Assembly (NCBI GenBank): GCA_951406725.2
Contig: OX597830.1
Span: forward strand, 42,842,001 to 42,906,000
Reading direction: 5' to 3'
Source: Octopus vulgaris
Lineage: Eukaryota
DNA length: 64,000 bases
Position numbers and translations under genes: made by a program. Under the pieces are notes generated by a model. It made no database searches, had not been told where the DNA came from, and worked only from the letters and a program-made list of their open reading frames with translations. Positions 25,282 through 36,054 of this stretch are shown piece after piece; the first letter of the stretch is position 1, and every line of letters starts with the position of its first letter.

Positions 25282-26610
25282 GTAAGAACTAATAAATGTT
25301 AATCTCTTGGTCTACGTTTCATCTCCAAGGGATTATTAACCACATGGTTATGTCAAAAGGTTGCTTTTGGTACCATTGTGGTATGGGATTCAAGCCCACT
25401 TTTCTTAAGTGTTTTTTTACTCTGGAATTTGATTGTCCAATATTTTCTGGGTAGAATTTAGAAGATAATAATTGCATGAAAGCTTTATTCACTCTGGGGG
25501 CTTATTTTAATACCAACAGGATCTTCCTTTGGAGTTGTGTAGTGATCCTCTGTATATCGATTGAAGTCTTATGGATCTCCTTTTGACTTTGGAATACTAT
25601 ACTAGCCAGGATCATGCAGGGTGTGCTAATGGGGCAATAGCCAAGATTATAACCATCCCATCAAGCCACACACACACACACACATACAATGCACACATGT
25701 TACTGTATGCACCAGCAAAGGAGGTTCTACCTGGCTGCTCATGCTGCTAGAAATAGTTGCCAGGTTTCTCTCAAATCACACTCTACTGCCTTACAGAAAA
25801 AAACCCGGTTATATTGGTTAAATATAAAGGTTAAAAGGTTATACATATTTATATACATATTTCCCTGCATAATACATTACTTCTTTCTTCGTTCTGACTT
25901 TCTATTCACCCTTCTCTTGTCTCCAGTCCTACAGAACATTTTTATTTTCATTTACCATACTACATATCTGTCTGTCTTGTGGCTGCATGACTTTTTTTGT
26001 TGTATATGTATGTTTCATTATGTTGTTCTTGTTGCTGCCATTGTCCTGTACATTCGTTAACTATTCCCAGTGACTTTTCATCACTGGCGCTACCAAACCT
26101 AAACAATATCAATGTTAAAGGCAAGAAATTGTAAGGATTTTTGGATTTTGGCTGATGAAAAATAAGCTATAAATTTTCAGTTTGATGTATTTTTATTAAA
26201 TTTGAAATACATATATATTATATTGATTATTTATTTTTATACTTTTGTGATCTAATTATATGTTTTATAAAAATATATTTTATTTTATATTTATGATTTG
26301 GTTTATGTCTATCATTGTTTGAATTGCATAATAGTGGTCTTTTCTCTAATTTATATATATATATATATGTCTGTATATATAATAGAAATATTAAAATAAC
26401 TAAGTCTCTCTAAAAGAGAACAGCGGCAGCGTTCCCGGAAAATAATAGTTATCGCCATACTAATATGGCATTCTTATAAAAATAAGAAAAAAGCTGTCCG
26501 CTTATTAGCTCCATGAGGCCATCGCCTTAAGTTAGCTATTTGATACACAAACTGTATCCATATAACCTTCGAACAAGGGAGGTCAGTCGCTCCACACTAC
26601 TTGACTGGCA

Positions 26611-26652
26611 GCTACAGACGCGTTTCAGGGTATTGCCCCTTTTCAATGCAGC
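26611..26652 (-). ncRNA. Type I minimal hammerhead ribozyme, U3:A8 variant (copy 1)
   Basis: GCUGCA UUGAAAA GGGG CAAUA CCCU GAAA CGC GUC UGUAGC. Confidence 0.65.
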
Positions 26653-26972
26653 GTAGCCAGCCAGTAGGTGTCGCTTCCGACAATCTCTGTTCGATGGTTT
26701 TATTTACCTAGTTTCGGTGGAATACATCCACTTGTTTTCAATAATAGAAATATTAAAATAACTAAGTCTCTCTAAAAGAGAACAGCGGCAGCGTTCCCGG
26801 AAAATAATAGTTATCGCCATACTAATATGGCATTCTTATAAAAATAAGAAAAAAGCTGTCCGCTTATTAGTTCCATGAGGCCATCGCCTTAAGTTAGCTA
26901 TTTGATACACAAACTGTATCCATATAACCTTCGAACAAGGGAGGTCAGTCGCTCCACACTACTTGACCGGCA

Positions 26973-27014
26973 GCTACAGACGCGTTTCGGGGTATTGCCC
27001 CTTTTCAATGCAGC
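26973..27014 (-). ncRNA. Type I minimal hammerhead ribozyme, U3:A8 variant (copy 2)
   Basis: GCUGCA UUGAAAA GGGG CAAUA CCCC GAAA CGC GUC UGUAGC; stems I and II pair; palindromic stem III ACGCGU. Confidence 0.7.
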
Positions 27015-27310
27015 GTAGCCAGCCAGTAGGTGTCGCTTCCGACAATCTCTGTTCGATGGTTTTATTTACCTAGTTTCGGTGGAATACATCCACTTGTTTT
27101 CAATAATAGAAATACCCCGAAACGCGTCTGTAGCTGCCGGTCAAGTAGTGTGGAGCGACTGACCTCCCTTGTTCGAAGGTTATATGGATACAGTTTGTGT
27201 ATCAAATAGCTAACTTAAGGCGATGGCCTCATGGAACTAATAAGCGGACAGCTTTTTTCTTATTTTTATAAGAATGCCATATTAGTATGGCGATAACTAT
27301 TATTTTCTGT

Positions 27311-28436
27311 ATCATCATCATCATCATCATCATCGTTTAACGTCCGCTTTCCGCGCTAGCACGGGTTGGACGGTTTGACCGGGTCTGGGAAGCCAGGGGC
27401 CGCTCCAGGCTCCAGTCTGAATCTGGCAGAGTTTCTACGGCTGGATGCCCTTCCTAACGCCAACCACTCCGTGAGTGGATTGGGTGCTTTTTACGTGCCA
27501 CCTGCACAGGGGCCGGAGGGTCCGGCATCGTCACGATCGGATTCGAGCATTTTAACGTGTCAGCGGCACGGGGGCAACGAGGTCCGGGGTACTTTGGGGA
27601 TTGGGGTATTTTGGGGATCCGGGGTACTTTGGGGATCCGGGGTACTTAGAATGGGTAGGGGGGTACTTAGAATGGGTAGGGGGTATGTGGAATTGCTGCA
27701 GAAAGCAGCCCGGGTCTTTGTAGTCACAGCATATCTCCAGAGATCTCGGTCCTTCGCCATTGCCTCAGTGAGGCCCAATGCTCTGAGGTCATGCTTGACC
27801 ACCTCATCCCATGTCTTCCTGGGTCTACCTCTCCCCCTGATACCTTCAACTGTTTGGGAGTGGCACTTCTTCACACATCTCTCTTCATCCATCCGCAGCA
27901 CATGACCATACCATCGCAAGCGTCGCTCTTGCACACCACATCTGATGCTTCTTATATCCAGCATTTCTCTCAGGATACTTACACTCTGTTTTGCGTGCAC
28001 ACTGACACTACACATCCAGCGGATCATGCTAGCTTCATTTCTTTCAAGTCTACGCATGTCTTCTGCAGTCACAGCCCATGTTTCATTACCGTGAAGCATG
28101 GCAGTTCGCACACATGCATCATATAATCTACCTTTTGCTCTGAGGGAGAGGCCTTTTGTTGCCAGTAGGGGTAGGAGCTTTCTGAACTTTGCCCAGGCTA
28201 TTCGTATTCTAGTGGTGATACTCTCTGTGCATCCACCTCCGCTACTAACTTGGTCTCCCAGGTAGCGGAAACTATCAACTACTTCTAGTTTCTCTCCCTG
28301 GAGTGTGATGGAATCTGTTTTCTGAGTGTCTGTTGTGTCTATTGTCCCTGTGCATCTGCCGCACATGAAAGCTATCTTATCTGTTAATTTCCCTTTAATG
28401 TTGCTGCACCTCTTATGTGTCCATAACTTACATTGG

Positions 28437-28441
<5 letters not shown>
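27311..28441 (-). mobile_element. Young RTE LINE 3' portion
   Basis: Open ORF 27560-28366 with RTE C-terminus; (ATC)n tail at 27311; ends at a (TA)n tract. Confidence 0.93.
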
Positions 28442-28510
<69 letters not shown>

Positions 28511-28539
28511 GTATATATATGTCTATATATATATGTATG

Positions 28540-28570
<31 letters not shown>

Positions 28571-28619
28571 ATATATACATATATACATACGTGTATTTAT
28601 ATGTGTGTGTGTGTGTAAA

Positions 28620-29428
28620 GGATGTGTAATGTCAGCGTGCATACATGACAGAGTCTAAAGTGCACTGAGAAAAATGTGGACATGAGAAGCATCAGATGTG
28701 GTGTGCAAGAGAGATGACTGTGTTGATATGGTCATGTGCTGAATATGGATGAGGACAGCTGTGTAAAAAAGGGTCACACCCTAGCAGTAGAGGAAGAGGT
28801 AGATGCAGGAAAACCTTGAATGAAGTAGTGAAGCACAACCTTCGAACGTTGGGCCTCATGGAAGTGATAGCAAGTGTGCTTGAGAAGACACGGCAAGCCA
28901 AGTGAGACTATGGCTGTAGCCTATGCCAGTGCAGCATAACCAGCCCATTTTAAAGTAATCTTTAATTATAGGGCAATAAACTGCACTTGTGAAAACCTGC
29001 TAAGCCAAGAGAAGTTATTTTTGTAACCGATGACAGTACCGCCTGATTGGCACCCAGCCGGTGACACGTTAAAATCACCATTCAAGCATGGTTGATGCCA
29101 GGGCCACCTGACTGGTTCCATGCTGGTGGCACATAAAAGGCACCATTCAAGCATGGTCAATGCTAGTGCCACCTGACTGGCTCCTGTGCTAGTGGCACAT
29201 AAAAAGCACCATTCAAGTATGGTCGATGCAAGTACCGCCTGACTGGCCATCATGCTGGTGGCATGTAAAAGGCACCCACTACACACTGGGAGTGGTTGGC
29301 ATTAGGAAGGGCATCCAGCTGTAGAAACTTTGCCAGATCAGATTGGAGCCTGGTGCAGCCCTCAGTCAAGCTGTCCAACCCATGCCAGCATCAAAAGCAA
29401 ATGTTAAACGATGACGACAATGATGATA
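28620..29428 (+). mobile_element. RTE LINE 3' portion, degraded
   Basis: WMCNVS..IRCGVQER remnants, about four 3' UTR repeat units, GAT-type tail. Confidence 0.85.
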
Positions 29429-29473
<45 letters not shown>

Positions 29474-29493
29474 GTATATATAATGTATATATA

Positions 29494-29726
29494 CAGGGTT
29501 GGCCAAAAGTTACCTGGCAGTAAATCAAAATTCCATAAATACCATCTGTAATTCCGTTTTGGCTTGAATGGAAAAAAGTGTCGCTCAAGAAGGACTTAAG
29601 TTTGAACAATTTTCATGATGTTTCATATTTAGGTGCTTTTATTAAATTCATTCAGTTATTAAACATAAATAAATCTTGGAATTAAATGGTTGTGGTTTAC
29701 TGTCAAGTGACTTTTGGCCAACCTTG
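29494..29726. mobile_element. Tc1/maT-type MITE
   Basis: TIRs CAGGGTTGGCCAAAAGTTACCTGGCAGTAAA / TTTACTGTCAAGTGACTTTTGGCCAACCTTG with TA flanks. Confidence 0.8.
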
Positions 29727-29844
29727 TATATATGTTTTTGAAATATATATATATATATATGCACACATATATATACATACATACATACATACACAAACAC
29801 ACACACACATATATATATACATATATATGTGCACACATATACAC

Positions 29845-29876
<32 letters not shown>

Positions 29877-29884
29877 GTATGTAT

Positions 29885-31830
29885 AAATAATAAATATTAG
29901 GGAATAAATCCAAATTTACAGGGAAAAAAATCAGATTTAGGATTAAATCCAATTTTATAGTAAAATATTATAAAATATTATTAGAGACAAAACCACTATT
30001 TTGCAAAACAAACAAGGAAAGACTTAATCAATACATAAAATTTTAATAAATAGTAAAAAAAACCGCCACTACAATCGTTTCTTGTCTTGATCGACAATCT
30101 TCAGGTGGACTTCAATCTAAAATATCAATATTTTAAAATATACAAATAATAGTTTTAAAATAATTAAAGTATGAATGAAAAAATATAAATATATAATCCA
30201 TATATAACCTATATATAATCCATATATAATCAATATATAAACAATATATAAACTAAAATAAACCTATCAACAATAAAATATAAAATATAAAATATAAAAT
30301 ATAAAATATAAAATATAAAACATAAAACATAAAACAAAACAAAAAAATAATAATAATATAATAATAAACTATATATACACCCATACACATATACCTAATT
30401 ATATATAACCATATCTAACTACATACACTAAACCACACACCTATATATATATCCCTATACATACACATAAAAACGTCCAGGCAACTATAAATAAATAAAA
30501 AAAATAAAATAATAAAATAGCTAAATACTTCAACACAATACTTATTCATACTCCCCCACACACACACACATACAACCCACATTCACGCTCTAGAAAACGG
30601 ACATCACTCAAAATTATGAACGGAGAAATGGAATAAATGGAATTAAAAATTATATTCACTTGGTAAAACGAACACTACTTAAAAATTATGAATGAAACAA
30701 TGCAATAAAACAACAGACATCGCAAATATACACAAATTACTACGAATTCCTTAACAAACCTACCATGATAAACCAAAACTCACAAAAACATATAATGATA
30801 AGATCTCCCTTTACTAAACTCTATAACATACCTATATAGCAATCCCCTAACCTAAACATTCACACACAAATACACACACGTAAACCACACACCCACGACA
30901 TATACAAATACCCACACCACTTACACATACCAATACATCCATATAAACCTCAACATATACTCCAAAAACCCACTCAACCCCACACAGACAAATAAACACA
31001 AAAATTATGAATGGATTCTTTTATAAAACTACCATGATAAGCTAAAACTCACAAAACAGAAATGATAAAACCTCCCTTTACTAAACACTATAACATACTT
31101 ATATAGCAATCCCTTTAACCTATACATTCACACACAAAAACACACATGTAAACCACACACCCATAACAAATACAAACACCCACCCCACTCACACACACCC
31201 ACAAGTACATATAAACCTCAACATATACACGAACAAAATTACTTTACCAAGGAACTTAACATATGTATAAAAAGTATAACCGCTCCGGAAACGAACATCT
31301 CTAAATTAATGAATGGAGAAATGGAATAAATGGAATTAAAACTAATATTCACGTGGCAAAACAAACACCACTCAATAATTATGAATGAAACAATGCAATA
31401 AAACAACCAACATCGAAAATAGACAAATTACCACGAATTCCCTAAAAAAAAAAAAAAAAAAAAAAAACCATGATAAACCAAAACTCTTAAAAACATATAA
31501 CGATAAAATCTCCCTTTGCTAAACTCTATAACAAACCTATATAGCAATCCCCCTAACCTAAACATTCACACACAAATACACACACGTAAACCACAGACCC
31601 ACGACTTATACACATACCTATACTAACTTATAAACCTCAATATACACCAAAATCCACTCCCTCCACACACAGACAAATTAACTCATACATCCCAAAACCT
31701 AAATAACAAACCCATATACACATTCACACACAAACACACACACAGGCAAAACACACACACACAACAGATACATATACTCCCTCACATATACGCATATACA
31801 TACTCACTAAACTCGATATATACAACAATA
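29885..31830 (-). mobile_element. Penelope-like (Naiad) element, 3' non-coding part only
   Basis: Terminal region nearly identical to 35830-36300 and internal blocks shared; flanked by (TA)n. Confidence 0.85.
30066..30108 (-). ncRNA. Type I minimal hammerhead ribozyme in pLTR
   Basis: CCAC CUGAAGA UUGUC GAUCAA GACAA GAAA CGAUU GUA GUGG: canonical core, stems I and II pair. Confidence 0.8.
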
Positions 31831-31910
31831 TATATATATGTATGTATATATATATATATATGTATGTATGTATATATATATATATGTATATATACATATA
31901 TATATATACG

Positions 31911-31985
<75 letters not shown>

Positions 31986-32237
31986 TATACGTGTGTGTGT
32001 GTGTGCTTCAAGATCCACTCCTCCAAACAATCATTATTTCTCATTCTTTCAAAAGATTATAAATTCGTACGACATCAACACTATTACTGTTTGTTTTAAT
32101 AAATACAACTTCACCTTAAACTGAAGAATTTTTTGTGGAGTACATTCTTATTATTCTTTTACAAGAACAATGTTAATAGTGACTTCAAAGTTTCACATAT
32201 TTAATCACTTTTTTTATATATTTTATCTATAACCCAG

Positions 32238-32341
32238 AATTGCTTCCCTGTGTTACCACTGGACAACACAGATCATGTGTGGAGAAGTTACTGTGAGTTT
32301 CATTTGCTGAGAAACATTCTGTGCCAGAGACATAAGAACCT
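32238..32341 (+). CDS. SNX10-like: Sorting nexin-10/11-like, PX exon 2
   Basis: CCCAG acceptor, CT|GTAGGC donor; 104 nt, phase 0 to 2; NCFPVLPLDNTDHVWRSYCEFHLLRNILCQRHKN aligns with PX VRRRYxEFxWLR. Confidence 0.85.
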
Positions 32342-32404
32342 GTAGGCATAATTTATTATTTTGTTTGGTTATCATTATTTATTTGGTAGGATTTGTCAGA
32401 TGAA

Positions 32405-32467
<63 letters not shown>

Positions 32468-32729
32468 GTGAGAGAGAGTGAGAGTGAGAGGAAAACACTT
32501 AAGTTCCAAATGTGAACTTGTCTGTGTTAACTGCATCCCAAAGATGGAATCTTGTATCTTTGTTGGAAACCGGCCTCCTCCTCAGTGGAAGATTTATAAT
32601 AATTAAAAACTAGAAGACATACATACATGCAATATACACATACATATATACACACATACATACATACATGCATACATACATACATACATACATACATACA
32701 TACATACATACATACATACATACATACAT

Positions 32730-33200
32730 GCATGGTGGCTGCCCCCTTGTTATCGAGTATGGCCATTGCGCGAAGCTTAATCAATGTTGTTATCGTGCAA
32801 TGCCTGTACAAGAAGATTGTTTTTAAAGTGAGGAAAGGCTGTGCACTGAGTCAATCCCACTCACTAAGCAACAGCAGCCATAATCCGAAAAGAAGAACAA
32901 GTCAACATCATCGGTAACCACTGAGCTGCAGGTTTTATATCGGAGTTATCCCAGTTACCCAAGTAACCTTCTCCTAGAAGGATGCCCTAACAAAGGCTAG
33001 GAGTCTTTCACTCCCAATGGTTTAACTGCGCGATCGGGTATTCAGTCCGATTATTTCTATGTCCCCGCGCATGATACAGCCTCAAGATACATTTATTGGA
33101 TGGCCGTTGACTCTCAAGAGTTCCTCTGCCCTTTGACGGGTTTTGTTTTTCATCCCGCAGGGTGTCCAATAAACACCCTCCTCACCAAGCAAGCTCGAGT
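32730..33200 (-). mobile_element. Possible non-LTR retrotransposon 5' UTR fragment
   Basis: GC-richer block with hairpin GGGTG..CACCC leading to MAILDNKGAAT, then a microsatellite; resemblance only. Confidence 0.3.
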
Positions 33201-33258
33201 CACTCTGCAGCTTCTACTGAATATTAATAACAGAGTACATATATTTTTATATTTCCAG

Positions 33259-33357
33259 AAAAATTCCATCTTTGCAATCAGATTGCTGTTTGTTAAACAG
33301 GTTTAATCTATGGGTTGTCATGAGACGTATATCACGATTGTGTGCCTTTGCCGAAAG
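33259..33357 (+). CDS. SNX10-like: Sorting nexin-10/11-like, PX exon 3
   Basis: TTTTTATATTTCCAG acceptor, AAG|GTAAGG donor; 99 nt, phase 2 to 2; KIPSLQSDCCLLNRFNLWVVMRRISRLCAFAE. Confidence 0.87.
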
Positions 33358-33974
33358 GTAAGGAGTGACGCTTAAATTATTTCAAATAATACAACTGATA
33401 TTATCATATGATAAAATGATATCATCTTTAATTCATGTTTTGTGAACTATGATGAAAATTTCATTATTCTCAGCAATAAACCTCCATTTTCCCAACAGAG
33501 TAGATAGCAAGACAATTCCTTCCGTTCCCCTGTTGAGTAGCACTGGATGGAGTATGTGACGTTATGGCACAGCCAGTCTGGTGCTGCCTGTTTGGCATTG
33601 TTGACTCAATGACAACTTATTTCACATCAGACATTTTAGTGTTCCTCTCATTCCCTCTTTCTCTCCTTTTTCTCTCTCCATCGTCCCTTTGTTTATGTCT
33701 GTGGTCATGTTTCTCTTTATGTGTCTGAGGAGATGGAAATGCTTGTGTCAATCATGTTCAATTAATAAATCATAATCTCTCTCTCTCTCTCTCTTTCTTC
33801 CTCTGTCTGTCTGTCTGTCTCTGTGTTTATGTATGTGCATGTGTTTCTCTTTACGTATATGAGGAGAGAGAAGGTGCCTATGACAGTCATACTCAATTAA
33901 TAAATTGTAATGCTCCCCTCTCACTCTCTCTCTATCTGTATTAGTGTATTTCTGTGTGTGTGTGCATGTGTGTG

Positions 33975-34026
<52 letters not shown>

Positions 34027-35585
34027 TGTGTGAAGACAAAAGAGGCTGTGTAAAGGATCCCGAACCCTTTCAGTCTGAAAGACTTCCATGGGGGCCTTAA
34101 TTGTATGGCTGGATTACTACAATAAGTGCATCAAAATCAGTGGATCCTACCTTAAAGGAGATTAGAACTTTGAATCTCTTTGAAATTAATAAATGTCTCT
34201 CCTGAAAAAATCTCAAAACTTCAAGAATATACCTTGTACCATGTACTAAAGGAACATGAATGACAAAATTGAAAATTTATCATTCAGGGTGTATTACAGT
34301 ATAAAGAACACAGTATTCAATATATGATGTAGAATTTGTCCATATATTCGTATATTCTAGAATAGGATATGAAAGAGAATACTCTCTGTATGATATAGAA
34401 TCTTAAAAACTAAAGATTTTATGGGTGCTTGGGTTCCACATTCTCTATAAACTTTCTGAGGACTGAAAAATCACTGAGTTTGAAACGCGATTCATCGCAT
34501 TTAAATAAGCACTCAATACACACAGTAAAGTGGTCGGGATAAGGAAGGGCATCCAGCCATAGAAACGAAGCCAGAGTGTCTAATCCATGCTAGCATAGAA
34601 AACAGATGTTAAACTGTGATGATGATGATGATGATGATTGGCCGTTGTCCACGCAACATCTATATTCTTCCCTGTACCTGTGAAATCTTGTATCCCTGCT
34701 GTAAGGCTTTACTTCCACACATGCCAGCTTAATTTAATTTATCCTTAGTCAAAAGACACCTGTCGTTATGTCCTGTTATTTGTATTTGTGTAACTTTCTC
34801 TGTTTTTTTTTCATCCTCGTTTTTGTATACATTTGCTGCTTTCTTCCAAGAAATCTAATGCTCTAAGCTTAGCTTTTCCTTGGGGCTGGCCAGATTGGAG
34901 CAATCTCAAGTATAACCAGCCAAAATTGCAAAGATAATTTGGAACTCAACTGAGGAAAGAAAACTCCGAATGACCCATTTTCTTTGTATTGTCTATCTGG
35001 ATGTTTTGTTGTCCCTTTCTTATACCACCTAACTGTCTGGATGTTTTGCGATCTTGTCCCATTTTATATATATATATTTCTTTATTGCCCACAAGGGGCT
35101 AAACATAGAGGGGACAAACAAGGACCGGATAATATACCCACTCTACTGACAGATATGTGAGTGCATCTTTTCCTTGACTTATGGTCTCTTAGATGATTCA
35201 TGTATATATATATATATATATCATCATCATCATCATCATTATTTAACATCTGTCTTTGATACTGGAATAGGTTGGATGATCCTCTGGGAAACCAGAGGAC
35301 CACACCAATTTCCACTGTTTGTTTTAGTATGGTTTTTATGGCTGGATGCCCTTCCTAATACCACCTACTTTACAGCGTGCATACAAATATACATACATGC
35401 ATACATACATACATACATACATACATACATACACACACACACATGTATGTAGGTGCATGTGCGTGTGAGTGTATACGTGCATGAAACACACATACATTAT
35501 AACATAATGTAATAAAAACATAAACACACATGTAATTGTATTTTTACTCTATCATCAATTATTCATCTCTCTTCCATATCAACAG

Positions 35586-35738
35586 TTGTTTCAAAGAAAA
35601 AGAACTGACCATGGATCCCACATTTAGACTGTTTTTCCAGAGTGATTTATCCTTTGAAGAAATCTTAAAATTCCACCATGGACACTATGCAGAAGACTTT
35701 ATCAAGAATATTTGGCAAACGAATGGGATAACCAGACA
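35586..35738 (+). CDS. SNX10-like: Sorting nexin-10/11-like, exon 4 (end of PX plus PXe helices)
   Basis: TCTCTCTTCCATATCAACAG acceptor; CFKEKELTMDPTFRLFFQSDLSFEEILKFHHGHYAEDFIKNIWQTNGITR; LFFQSDLSFEEI resembles SNX10 LFLQSHLNSEDI; CA|GTTTGT donor. Confidence 0.85.
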
Positions 35739-35787
35739 GTTTGTATAGAATATTAACATATTTAAGTTAACAATCATAATTATATAC

Positions 35788-35833
<46 letters not shown>

Positions 35834-36011
35834 ATAATAAATATTAGGGAATAAATCCAAATTTACAAGGAAAAAATCAGATTTAGGATTAAATCCAATT
35901 TTATAGTAAAATATTATATAATATTAATTAGAGACAAAACCACTATTTTGCAAAACAAACAAGGAAAGACTTAATCAATACATAAAATTTTAATAAAAAG
36001 TAAAAAAACCG

Positions 36012-36054
36012 CCACTACAATTGTTTCATGTCTTGATCGACAATCTTCAGGTGG
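36012..36054 (-). ncRNA. Type I minimal hammerhead ribozyme in pLTR
   Basis: CCAC CUGAAGA UUGUC GAUCAA GACAU GAAA CAAUU GUA GUGG; stem III is the palindrome ACAAUUGU. Confidence 0.78.

Larger units (their letters stand above)
26381..27307 (-). mobile_element. 362-bp tandem hammerhead-bearing element (retrozyme/Penelope-pLTR-like) with inverted terminal piece
   Basis: AATAGAAATA unit start at 26381, 26743, 27105; inverted partial copy 27111-27307; starts at a (TA)-rich tract. Confidence 0.8.

Noticed and set aside
25520-25620. Exon-like segment DLPLELCSDPLYID*SLMDLLLTLEYYTSQDHA with an in-frame TGA (selenocysteine or stop-recoding idea)
   Set aside because: It would interrupt the PX domain, and its phase-2 end does not fit the next exon; 25281 joins 32238 cleanly
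32293-32298. Strong GTGAGT donor inside PX exon 2
   Set aside because: Using it removes the conserved EFxxLR helix; the donor at 32342 preserves PX alignment and phase
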